Shown here one piece after another: positions 25,811 to 38,100 of a DNA stretch of 64,000 nt (within the stretch, counting starts at the first letter, position 1; each line of letters begins with the position of its first letter). The position numbers were made by a program, and so were the translations under genes. The notes under the pieces are model-generated. The model was given only the letters and a program-made list of their open reading frames with translations. It did not search any database and was not told where the DNA came from. Location of the stretch: the NCBI GenBank assembly GCA_002633005.1, contig NMRA01000178.1:658062-722061 (forward strand), read 5' to 3'. Source of the DNA: Phoronis australis (lineage: Eukaryota > Animalia > Phoronida).

Positions 25811-26228
25811 TTAGAGTTACATTGTATGGCGGTTCAGTTTCCTTTTGGAAAGCATTAGTTTCACTGAAGAGGCCACTATCATTTTAAATGATCCACTGAA
25901 TAAAATAAAAATATTACAATAAAACTGATAACAATAAAAATTGGTAGTTTGAAGTCGGGTATTACTAGTGCCAAGTACATTATGATAATGTACACAAATC
26001 TTTGATGTTATTACGCAACACTGTCTCAAAAACTTTTGATTTTTTAATAAACCGCAAGCCGTTTCATGGTGAGTGCTAATCTACATAAATTGCCTCAATC
26101 TTTCCTGTGGACACTAAGTGTTCCAGCACCGCCATAACTTATTGACCAATGAGACATTTAAAAATAAGTTCTAAAATTGAAAGGTTGTACAGGGCACCTG
26201 ATAAAAGCTTCAACATTACCACCTGAAT

Positions 26229-26394
26229 CAGTGGCGGATTTAGAGGCTGGACCATGGGGCAATGCCCNCCCCCCCCCCTACTAAAATTCTTCCTGTTTCC
26301 ATTGACAGTTCGGGAGTGCAAATGTCTGACGGACAAAATCCTGGGTAATATTCTGCCCTGGCTCCCCTAACTCAAAATCCTGGATCCGCTCTTG
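26229..26394. mobile_element. Non-autonomous DNA element, 'CAGTGGCGGAT...ATCCGC' family C
   Basis: cagtggcggatttag ... ctcccctaactcaaaatcctggatccgctcttg. The right end is the reverse complement of 54270-54302. Confidence 0.7.
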
Positions 26395-26514
26395 TGAATG
26401 TTACGTGGCATTTTCTTCACAGACCAATAAATTGAGTCTGCGGCTCTTGAGCTCCATCTATTTAATACAAGAAAAGATGTTCTCCGAGAATTTAGTTGTA
26501 ACGACGTTTGATCT

Positions 26515-27063
26515 TTAGGTAGAAAAATGAGTTCTACCTTTGCTGGTATTCGAAACCAAAAATTTCGGTCGCCTAGTGTATACACCGCCCCTAAATCCCC
26601 TAAGACGCCCAACGAATACATTGTCGGAGTTGTCACAAATACTCTCGCAGTGATGTTGTCCGCATCCGCGGTCGATGTCCTTCATCTTCATCACAACGGT
26701 GTGATTATTCCGAGATCGTGTGGCGCTTCTCAGTCTAGTGTAGTGCCTTGTAGGTGTGTAAGGTAAAACTCTTCCAGGAGGTGAGATAATCTGGCGCAAG
26801 CGATGGACGGTTCTACCACCTTTGGTCAACTCTTGATAAGGGTCAAGTCCTTTTGTGAGAAGCCTGTGGAGTTCGATCCGTGGCGGCCGTGCTCGTCCTG
26901 GCCTCGACTTTGTCTTCTTCATTGAAAATTTCTTTAGTTTTTGACTCCATTTCCTTTTCCTTTTGTCATTCCTTGTTTTCTTTGCCTTTTCAATTTCACT
27001 CCTTTGTTTCAACTTAGCAGAATAATTTGAATTGCATTCCTTGGAGCAAACTTTTAAATTCAT
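26515..27063 (-). CDS. Hypothetical Lys/Arg-rich 182-aa ORF
   Basis: ATG at 27063. Very basic (KKTRNDKRKRKWSQKLKKFSMKKTKSRPGRAR). Upstream TTGCGTCATATT motif at 27289-27300. Confidence 0.4.
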   Translation of the reverse strand: MNLKVCSKECNSNYSAKLKQRSEIEKAKKTRNDKRKRKWSQKLKKFSMKKTKSRPGRARPPRIELHRLLTKGLDPYQELTKGGRTVHRLRQIISPPGRVLPYTPTRHYTRLRSATRSRNNHTVVMKMKDIDRGCGQHHCESICDNSDNVFVGRLRGFRGGVYTRRPKFLVSNTSKGRTHFST

Positions 27064-27828
27064 TGTGGTTTTCTCTCCCACTGTGATACCAGCATTTTTT
27101 CAGATTAGAGTTGTTTTCTTTTACACCTTCGTTTTTGCATTTTAGTGGTTTTATTAACCTTTCGTGGACCTAATGTACATGTAGTGACAGGTCGAAGTGT
27201 GTTGACAGACTTCACAGTCGTGCCCCCAAAACTTGCAATCTGGCTATATTTCGTCAAACTTGGGTAACAAGCAAATACAACGATGGCATTGCGTCATATT
27301 ATATCGTGCGCCGATAATGTATAGATATATTCCGATTGTGCTTCTCGTTTTGTCATTTCATCCTTCAGAATTCAACCGTGCAGTGTTTTGCAGTTAACAA
27401 CTCAGTCTTGACTGTCCACGATTTTTGGTGATTTAATTTTACTTCATTTTCAGATGATTGTCGATAAACAACGACGTGACTACGCAACTCTTGACTCTTT
27501 TTCTTGTGCGAGCATAGCAGCACCAAGTACAGAGCCAACTGATTTGACTCTGTGAAAGTATATGTACAGTTATAAATATCATATGCTCACATTTATGTTC
27601 TCATTGTCGGAAACTAGCACTATCTTAACCCATATTTCAATGAATTTCATTTTACTTTGGGTTACTTCAGGAGTAAATTATGTTTTTCTTACCGAACTTC
27701 CCTGTTCCCGTCTGGGAACTCAGTCACTGTTTTGTAGACAGAAACATGTGTGAGTTATTGTACAAAATCTTGGGTAGAGACCGTTAAATTTTAAATTAAT
27801 CTGTTCACATGTATAGTGTACATTTTTG

Positions 27829-28392
27829 TCATATGCATGAACGTACACTATTACCTGCATTTGTCATGTTTTTCCTGGAAGTCCGCACGTGCCTGTCTTT
27901 TCTGTAAGTGTGTGTCTTCACTTGCGGCAACCTGAATAGTTGTCGCAGCTTAGATTCTGGTGATCGGCGAGGCTGACGCCGGCGTCTCGGCGATAAAGAT
28001 TTATTGAAGCGAACACAAGGCGACGGACCACGTATGGGAAATTCTCTGTGCGGGCGTTGGTGCTTTCGCAAAATGAGCTTTTTGTAAACGTTTGATTCAT
28101 CTTTGACATCCGACGTATCGTCTCCGCTGGTTGTTTGTGCATCTTTCTTCCTTTCTCTCTTTCTGTCGTCACTTACTCTCTTGTTTTTCCTTTTCTCGTC
28201 ATTTTTACGGGCGTCGTTAACGTTAGTTTCTCTACTTCTGTTAGTCTTTTTCGATTTTTTTGATTTGTGCTTACTCTTTCTGGAATAGATTTTGGACCTT
28301 TGACGATTTGCTTTGTTGCCAGATGACATACATTGTTTTGCCTGCTGTGTACTTCCTGAGTCACGTGACGACGAACCAGATGTCGGGACCAT
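27829..28392 (-). CDS. Hypothetical Lys/Arg/Ser-rich 187-aa ORF with protamine-like SPRRRR motifs
   Basis: ATG at 28392. Contains SRKSKHKSKKSKK and SLSPRRRRQPRRSP. Phase-1 donor CAG|GTAATA at 27854. Upstream TTGCGTCAATAT at 28483-28494. Confidence 0.45.
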   Translation of the reverse strand: MVPTSGSSSRDSGSTQQAKQCMSSGNKANRQRSKIYSRKSKHKSKKSKKTNRSRETNVNDARKNDEKRKNKRVSDDRKRERKKDAQTTSGDDTSDVKDESNVYKKLILRKHQRPHREFPIRGPSPCVRFNKSLSPRRRRQPRRSPESKLRQLFRLPQVKTHTYRKDRHVRTSRKNMTNAGNSVRSCI

Positions 28393-28930
28393 GAAGGGGT
28401 CTCTGAAAGAGCCATGCTCACGGCATTTTTGAGAACTCGATTTTACGACCAATGTTAGTCACTCTTTACGTGAATGCTTTGTTTGCGTCAATATCATTGT
28501 TCCACCTCCCTGGTCCTTATAGATAAGAGCCATTCGATGAATGGCAGCGGTTATTTGCAGTTCGCAAAGATATCAAAGGTGTAATCCTTGATTTTGCCCT
28601 GGTTGGCTATTTCTGTGATCATAAGACGTGAAGCATGGGGTCTCTAGCTCATTTTGCACTATAACTGGACATTTTAGACCCTGTCTTACTGCAATACTTA
28701 GCGATTGATATGCAGAGACACAACTGGTGTAGCCTGAAAGAAGAAGTTGGTCATGAGCCGAAGAAAGACACAGCGACGTTGTTGGCACAATATCAATATG
28801 TCGTCAAGGACTACGACTAACATCGCAGCACGACAGAGAAGCGAGGAATGGTGCAACAGCAAGTAAAAGGTGTGCAAAACGAAAGATAACTTCGTGAAAG
28901 CAGCAGGCATGTAACATCAGACCAATTGGC

Positions 28931-29312
28931 TCAACTGGCAGGGAGACTGGCAGAGAATTCTTTGTAGGCCGGTACACTAAAGAGAAGTATTAGTTGGCCA
29001 CGGGAGAGACTGGCAGACAAGTCTCAATTGGGCGGAAAACGGGTAGAGAAGTCTTATAGTTGTGCGCGAGACGGGCAGAAAAGTCTGCATTGGCCGAGAG
29101 ACGACAACGACGTCTCAATTGGCCAGACGACGGGCAGAGAAGTCTCAGTTGCCCGGGAGAATGACAGAGAAGTTTCAGTTGGCCGTGAGACTGGCAGAGA
29201 AGTCTCAGTTGACTGCGAGACTTACTGAGAAGTCTCAGTTGGCCGGGAGACTGGAAGATAATCCTGAGTTGACCGGGAGACTGGCAGAGAACCCTGAGTT
29301 GGCCGGCAGACG
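28931..29312. repeat. 30-bp minisatellite (~12 degenerate units, consensus GAGACTGGCAGAGAAGTCTCAGTTGGCCGG)
   Basis: Directly visible tandem units, each with a GAGACT/AGTCTC inverted stem. Confidence 0.9.
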
Positions 29313-31475
29313 GGAAAAGAAGCAGCTGCTAGTCCGAAAATCTTGTCAATTGGTAAACGCACAGATTTTACAATCATTTGGTGAACAGATGAAAACCAAC
29401 TATACAAATTTTCTGCGTTTTGAACAAGTTTACCAATTTACCTTTTCATAGCACTAGAAAGCTTCTGTTGCAAAATCACTGTAAAAGTGATTGTAGGCAA
29501 AAAACTAGATTTTTCCAGGTTGGTGTTTGAGGACACAGATTTACGGGCGTACTAATCACGATAAGGATTCGTATACCATATTTTAAAAGCGATCTTCCAT
29601 TGCTATTATCAAGTCCGTCAGGTGGCATGCGGCTTCTACACAGCTCCCATGATAATGCAGACTTGAGCCAATGCATATCAATGCAGCATCAAGACTATCA
29701 ACGCGAACCCGCTGCATGGCCGCTCATCAGATCTGAACTCATCTAGTGCGTCGCAGATTCTTCACTACTAACCGGGACTGAAAATCGAAAACTTCGCGGC
29801 GCTACTCGTCGCAAACATTATTAAGCCTGGTCAGCACGCCGGTTTGAGAATATTCATAAACGCTTTTCATGTCAATGCAATTTTTGTCACTTTTAAGGAT
29901 AGCGTTTTTCGGCGCGTTTTCTTGCTGAGGGTCATTTTTACCGTAAATTCGAAGAGTGTGTCTACAAATAAAATTCAGCTACACTCTAACAGATGCTTTA
30001 GTCTGAGGCCGTAAACATGATGTGAAAACTTGTGTCTGGTGATAGCCTGGTATTACATAAAAAACTGAAGTGAAATCTATTCTTCAACCTTAGCACCTGT
30101 TCATAGATGAGATAGCGCAACAGAAATTAATTCTTCGTGTCATATTTTTGAAACGGTGTTATGAAATCGATCCACAAGTTATCAAATATAATTCTTGTAG
30201 TCAATTAAATTGTGCGTTGGTTTATCAATTAGCAAGTCTCAGTTGATGTTTGTTTTTTCAATATACGTATCATGTGACGATTGAACCCACGTTTACAAGA
30301 AAAGTCTCAATCCAGTAAAAAACACCCTAGTGTTGAGTCCGTGTATATTACGTGGTCACACAGGAAATGTGAAAGTAGCCATTCCGCAACATACATGTAC
30401 TAAGTAGAGGCGGATCTTTCGTGAAACAAGTGAAGGCGAAGTGACGCTGAAATATGGCTACGATCCGGGGCAAAGCTGGCCGAGGAGCGAACCACGGTGG
30501 CAGCAGGGTGGGGGGAAAGTGTTGCATTTGCTTGCTCCGGCCACAGCCCCCAACGCTAAAGAAAACCTCTCCACGCTTATGCATGTACTTATGTCATGTT
30601 GACCGTTCTCTCGTAGGACCATTTGAAAAGGTTTTCCCCGAAGTCATTCAGTGGGACGCAATTACCTTTCTTCGCCTTCGATCGTAACACCCTTGATATA
30701 ACTTACCAGTTTAATCAAAAGTAGTGCTTTTCAATCAAGCAACATTTTTGAAAAAGTTATGGAATTACATACATATAATTTTATGTTCATGGTGTATTAG
30801 CAAAAAACTAGCAACGAAACCTTCACGTTCATTGATCTTGGTAAATGGAACAATATAGCGTACTTTAAAAAATGTTACTATGTTAGTGGTATATTTGATT
30901 GATTAGACTCATTTTACGAAATAAACTGCGTGGTGAAAACAAATAAAAGCATTTTTAAAAGGCAATAGTTGAGAATGAATGTAAGGATACTTACTTCTTC
31001 GGTTAATGTTGGCAACGTCACTGCCACGTTGCCGCTTTGAATCACCACCAGTAAGGTCAACTGACCATGCGCGAACCCGGCCTAAAAATCGGGGCTCGAA
31101 TTTTTCAGAATGTGGACCTTTTGGCATGATTCATGGGGTACGTTCAGAACTATGGATTGTGCATTCGACGAATTTTGGTAGTTCCTGTCTTGTTAATGGA
31201 CTTTTGTTTCGTTTTCTACGTTTTTTCGGAGTTTTTGTTTCTCTGAGGCGGATCTTTTTGCCCACTTTACCAAATGGGGAGGGCTCCATCGAGCCCTCCG
31301 AGCTCCCCCTAGGTGCGCGCATGCTTACTTACGCTTTAGTCTGATTTTATTAATTTGATTTTTTCTTGGTGTTTTATGACACCGTTATGCCAACATTTGA
31401 GCCTGTCGTAATTCTATATCTGACACGTATAAACGTTAACAGGAAACTACCGTGAAATATGTGGGGGAAAGAGGC

Positions 31476-31547
31476 TATAAGAACTGGTGGCGTGTCTGCT
31501 GGATTTACACGTGTTCGCAGGTTGATAACTACCAGCAAGAAGTGAAC
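31476..31547 (+). promoter_or_regulatory. TATA box and non-coding first exon of the VWA-VWD gene
   Basis: TATAAGA at 31476, donor AAC|GTAAGT at 31548, and acceptor ttggtttccTAG (32181-32183) immediately before the ATG. Confidence 0.55.
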
Positions 31548-32183
31548 GTAAGTTTCAACAATTTCGCTGCATAAATAGCTTAAACTTGCAATTTTGTTCG
31601 ATTTAACTCACTTTATCTTATTTCATTACGTATGCGCTTACGTTTACCAGAACGTATGTAACATGTAGTTTCTGTACGTAATGGGGTGGGCTCTTCTCTG
31701 ATTATAATCTCACCGGCGTTCTCGCTTTCAATCTTCTTTTCTCACGAATGCAGATGCTCTTACGAACTAGATCCTTATGCTTTGCAGTTTGTTACTTTCA
31801 AAAACATCTTTTTGCTTACGAACTAGACTGTTACTCAGTAGCAACATACAGACAATTTGTCACATGACATGAAGCTCATGTTTACTCCCACACATCGTTG
31901 GCAAGCATAAAGAATCGTAGCTCGTGAGAAAGCAAACGTGTTCGTAAAACAGAAACGTGGTACATGACAAAATTACAGCCCATGACAAAGATTGTTACTT
32001 GTGGCAAAAATGCCTGCAATACCATTAGTGGCCGAACATTGTCTACACACGAGTTGGTTTTTTATATCATTACTGATTTGCAGAATTATTTTCATTTTTG
32101 TCAGAATCTTTACTCTGGTATTCTTTGTGAGACATGGACAAGTTGTAAATAATTGTTTTTGTTTTCGTACGTTGGTTTCCTAG

Positions 32184-35100
32184 ATGAAGATTTACATGAG
32201 TCTTCAAACGCTTGCAGTCGCTATTCTGCCATTGTTGTTTTCGACGATAGAATGCCGTAAGTTCAATTTATTTATATATTCGTTTGTTTGATAAAGTATT
32301 TATTGGTTTATTCACATATTTGTTTTGTTTAAAAGACTTAGTAAGCATTTCAATAACTCCGCGGATTTCCAAGTTGGAACGATCGGAAATATTCCCATCG
32401 ATTTACATGTAAGTACCGTGGCCCGTAAACCGTCAGACTAATTTGCATACATTGTTAAATAGAGAGAATAATAACTGTAATGAATGTGACATGACGTGCG
32501 TTCAGTAACGCTAGGACCTACCTAGAATCTAGCCAAAGTGACGTGATCTCATTTAAAATACACGGCAATATCTCGCGAAGTCTTGCTTTTTAGCGAGCTC
32601 CTAGCGTTACTGAACGGGAGGCGGGAGGGAAGACGCCATCCATGCGCAGTGATAATGGTAATGTTATATTGCCTCCAGGGGTCTGCACCAAGAAAGTCGA
32701 CGTTGTTTTCATTGTGGACAGTTCTGGGAGCATCGGGTTTTCAAACTTCAACAAGGTGAAGGAGTTCGTTAAGGAAATTACCGAAGCCTTCAAAATCGGA
32801 AACGAGGCTGCCCACGTCGGAGCAATGCAGTTTTCCGTAAAAGCAGAAAAAGTTTTCTTTCTTAATGGCAACCGAAAAAAAGTTTTGAAAGGTATTGACG
32901 ACATGGCGTACCAGCGTGGCCATGCAACCAACACGGCTAGCGCACTGCAGTTTGCAAGAGAAGTGATGTTCTTACGAAAAAACGGAGCTCGTCAAGACGT
33001 TCCAAGAGTAGCTATCTTCGTTTCAGATGGTAAGCTCCACTTTGCGTGTTCAATAATGCCACAACGTCAGACACTATTTTTTGCTGTGATCCAATGAAAT
33101 TCTTGGCTATGCATGTATAGCGGAAACTTGTGTGATCTCACAAAATCTCGAATACTGGCCTTTTTGAACGCGCCTCTGTCTTCGAATATTCAACGTTCGT
33201 GTAGGTAGTAGGATGTTAAAGTAGTTTAACCAGGAAACGGGAAAATAGAAAACACGTATATTATAAAGTTGAGAACATAATATACATTAATTTGCAGTGA
33301 ATGGGAGATTGTCATGACTGACTCCTGGTTAGAAATATACATGTCGAACAACATCGAGCTATGATTGGGTAAGACGAATGCGATCATGAATAGTACAATT
33401 ACCCACGTCAAAAATAATTTTGTTAATGACTTCCATTAGCCTATAATACACGATTACGCAGACAACACTAAAGATGCTCAAACTGAAAGCTCTGTTAACT
33501 TTGTACGCTTCCTTTTGCTTAGGTAAGAGTACCAAGCCAGCTGACACGAAGGTTGAAGCCAAAAAGAATCATGCGTTTGCCATAGCAACTTTCGCAGTAG
33601 GTATTGGTAACGCCCGTGTGTCAGAGCTGGAATACATTGGATCGAAGCCTAGCTCCACATTTGTCCACCACGTAGACAACTTTAACGATCTAAAGAAACT
33701 AGCAAAACAGTTCACAACAAAGACATGTGTTACTGGTAAGAATAATCGAGGTTAAATAGTCTTTGAAACATTGGCGGAATGAGGGTAACCCGACGGGTGC
33801 CGAACATAATTAGCCAATGAGACATTCGCTATAATCCAGTTATCTCCTACAAGTGGTATGCGGAAGGTACAGTTTTGTCTAGCTGACGTCGATTCATGAG
33901 AAGGCCTACCGTGCCCCATGAGCTCCCTTAATCCGTCAATATAAAAATAATGTGTGGACGACCACATGAAGTTTCGTGTTTTTTTATAAACTGTGAAACT
34001 AAGCTAGGTCTCTTCATTCATTTTTGCTTTCTTTCATTTGCATTCCCACTGTAATTTGTTCGTCATCATGTCATTTCCAGTTCTCATCACAAACCTATAA
34101 CTGTTACCGGTATATAATTATTGACTTTCGCAGAGGTCAATATATTGGTCCTTAGACAACAAAAATGTGACGATGGCCGAGGCTGAGCCGACGTCATTAT
34201 CACATTTTTGGGTCTCAAAACTAACATTTTAATCCAATGTGAGGTCATTAGTTGATTTATTACATGATTAGTTTTGTAATGCAAAGCAATCGACAAAGGA
34301 CTTTGGTTGCACGCTCATTGGATACGAAGCTCTTTTATTTGCGTGTGACGTCATCACGCACAAAATACACCATTTGATGAAGAATTTTATTTGAAAACCT
34401 TAGATTTGCGCAAGCAGCTAAAAAATGATTGTTCTATTACTACTGATCATGGCTTAAATTGTGAAATCTGTATTGGTGAGGTTAGAAATGCTGTTATGAA
34501 AACAAAGAATAACAAAGCCGTCGGCTATGACTGTATACCTTATGAGGTGTTAAGATTCGAAACTATTGTTGTTTTTCTAATCAAATTGTTCAATGAATCT
34601 TTTAAACATGGACTAATGCCTTCTGACTGGTATAAGGCAATTATAATCCCGATACCTAAGAATTCTACAGACGACCCTAGGTTATCTTTGAACTACCGTG
34701 GGATTAGTCTTCTTTCCAATATTTATAAAATCCTCAGTGCTGTGTTGAATAATAGAACTTTGGGTTTCTGTAAACAGAACTATATTTTTGTTGACGAGCA
34801 AACTGGTTTACGAAGCCAACGGTCTTGTATTGATCACTTATATGTCCTGTCATCAATTATTCAAACAAGAAAGTCGTCTAACCTTTCCACATGTGTGACA
34901 TTTGTGGACATGAAAAAAGCTTTTGACTGGACAAACCATCTGAACTTCTGTTCTATAAAGTACTGACAATAATATTAATTTTAGAATGTATGATGCAATT
35001 CGTATGATTTACAGAAGTCCGTTGAACTGTATACGATTAAATGGCACTCTGTATAGTGGCTGGTTTACTCCTGAAAATGGTGTCCGTCAAGGGGACGTTT

Positions 35101-38100
35101 TATCACCGTAACTCTTTGCATTATATATGAATGACTTAGCTCTGGGTATTAAAAAACTGGGTAAAGGTGTCCAATGTGGCCCGAACAATATTTCAGTACT
35201 TCTTTATGCAGACGATATTGGAATGAAAATGACATGCAAGATATGTTGAAGGTTTTAAACAACTGGTGTAAAAAGTGGAGAATGATTGTGCACATGGCAA
35301 AAACTAATGTCTATGCCTAGAAGCAATTTTGAATTTATTTTGAACAGTGTCATCAGTTATAAATCCTCATACAAATATTTAGGCTGTATTCTGGATCAAC
35401 ACCTTGACTTCAAAGAAAATGTGAATACGTTATCTGAAGCTTCTGGTAGAGCGTTAGGGAAGATATGCTCAACATTCCGTGATAACAAGAACCTAGGATT
35501 CGAAACGTTTAAAACATTATTTAATTCGTGTGTGGCACCAATTTTGGATTACGGGTCATCTGTTTGGGTTACAAAAATTTTGTGTTGCGACTCTGGCTCT
35601 GTGGAGGATGAGCTACACTCTGTATTTGATTGTTTTCTTTATTACTCACGGAGGTCTATTCTATTTAATAATGTTTCACTTCAAATCCCGAACTTTGTAG
35701 ACTTCAGTAGATTAGATACGTTAAAATTGCTATTTTAGCATTTCCTTAGGCAATTTACCAAATATATCAAGTCTGCTTTTGAACTTAGAAATCGACACAT
35801 TTATGGTAGGCCTACATCTGAGTTGTGTTGTTAAAGTGATTAATAAGCCCAACTGGGCTGGGTACTTATCTTTCTTATGAATGTTATACTTATAACTGTT
35901 TGATTTAATTGTACTTGTCACAATAATAAATAAATACTAATACTAATACTAAATCAGTGGCGGATCTAGGATATCACAAGGGGGAACCCAACATTTTGTC
36001 TGTACACACTTTCTCAAAGCACGATTGTAGATGCGAATAGCAAGCATTTTCCTTGATTCCCGAAATATTATCGAAGAAAAAAGGCAAAAAAAAATTTAAA
36101 AAAAAACACGGAAAAAGGAAAACTGCATGTTCCACAGATTCGAACTCACGACCTGGCGGATATATAGCGCGTGCTTTACCATTCCACCACCACGACTTAA
36201 CGCCTAACTTGATACTAAGAGACCTATTTGTTTATGGTTCACAGCGTTTGCGCGCGAAACCTCTTTCTTTTTTAATGCTTATAACATGTTTTATATTTTG
36301 TGCAATCAGTTCGTAACAATTTTTTGTATTAAAAATAGTCTTCAATTGCCCAAAAGACCAAATCCGTTTTTTGTGTTGGCAATAATGACGAGATTGCTTG
36401 GGAAATCGTCTAAGGTTTGACAAAGAGAAAATTATGAGTTTCTGAGTGATTCACTAAAGCTTCGATTCATCTTACCAGCAGCTTTTGTTCTTTCATCATC
36501 ACTCAGATTCCATTTTCTTTAAAAAATGAAGTGATTTTCTCCATTGCACAGTAGAGCAGACGTGGGAAACAGAGTCGTTGTGCCTAGCGCCATTGCCGGT
36601 CGCCTGGGATATCGCGGGAGAGCCTATACTTAGCCATAGTTCCATTACGATTGCGTCCCCCTCCCCCCCAACACTAAAACTGCACACATTGAAATCTTGT
36701 TTCAGCCGTATAATTTTAAATACCGGGGTTAATTAATAAACTCAACATTTCCCTTCGCCCTTGATGTTTTATTACTTTGCGGCAACCAAGGCCCNTCGCA
36801 TGAAATATGTCGAATGAATGAGCGTGCGAGTCAGCACGCTCAAAGTGCACGCGCTAAAACCCGCGCAAATGACGTCAGTGAACATTCGAGCTATCAGTTT
36901 GAAACCACCCCTGCGTACATTGAGCGGAAACCATGATGCTTTGATGCACGTTTTCGTTCACCGGAAGGTTTAGATTTTACGGTTATTTAAAGCAAATGTG
37001 ACGTCAAAATTCGGACGAAAAAGACTTAAGACTTTCGAGTTCGGTGACGTGTTTGTGTTACAGCGGAAAAATCGAGGCTTACGAAATGATACATGTAGAT
37101 ACCCGGTCTGGAACTTCAAAAAATAACTACAACTTACGAAATTTTTTGTTGACATGGTAACGGTAACGTCTATTTATTGCCGTTTGTAACTTTATAACCT
37201 GTCCTGATCACATTATAACCTTGCAACAACTCTTCAAGGTGGTTCCCTTGTTGATCTGTGAATGAGGACAAGATGTTGTTATTTCTTATAACTGATGTTT
37301 TAGAAAAGAAGCCTTGCTCCTGCTGGGTGTCGGGCGATCCACATTACCACACCTGCGATGGTTTGAAGTTCGACTACATGGGGCGCTGCACATACGTTTT
37401 GACGAAGACGTGCTCAAAGAACGTACCCGTTGACTTCGAGATACAAGTGTCAAATGAAATGTGCAACGGCGGGACGGTAAAGCGACCAATCACGTGCACA
37501 AAAAGTGCAGAAATCAACGTTTACGGTATTGAAATTAGAGTTCTGAAGACCGGGAAGGTTATGGTGAGTAGCCTAAATAACGTCTTCGTCATAAAGCAAC
37601 TCCTATGCTAACATTTAGGGTTTCATTACCCCAACGCCTAAACGAGAACAGGCCAGACTGTAGCACACACGTATCCGTCCTAATCTATTCACAAATTAAA
37701 TGGAGCGTGGCTTTAGCAGCTTTTCTGAAGAAAACCTGCTCGCACATTTTTCTTATAATGCATCGATCTTAAAAATTCAAAGACGGCTAATATTTATTTT
37801 TCAATTTTAAAAATAGTCGTGATAATCATTTGCCTTACTTAGTGTTCGTTTTTTACTTTGAAACTAGTACGCTAAGCAGGCACGTTGGTTACGACCGCTC
37901 TTCCAATACACATTCGGCCAAGCTCTCTTGAATCTATATTGGTGCCATCAAGCCTTTGATGGAATTCGCTGGGGTGAACATTACACGCTTTCTCGTCTAC
38001 TCGCGTGCAAATCATAGAGATTTGCTTAATGTTGGTTCATTTACACTTAAAGTTGCTGAACCAGGCAGCTAAAATTCAAATTAAACGCATCTTCTTGTAT

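Noticed and set aside
28931-29312. CRISPR-like appearance (30-bp units with an internal palindrome)
   Set aside because: The units are contiguous with no unique spacers, there are no cas genes, and the context is eukaryotic. It is a minisatellite.
13438-31322. Endogenous virus or Polinton explanation for the co-oriented orphan ORFs
   Set aside because: No capsid, polymerase, ATPase or integrase motifs, no bounding TIRs, low ORF density and canonical introns.
37148-37161. Near-consensus RFX X-box GTTGACATGGTAAC
   Set aside because: It is intronic, in repeat-like sequence and far from any start site. Such motifs are common in invertebrate repeats.
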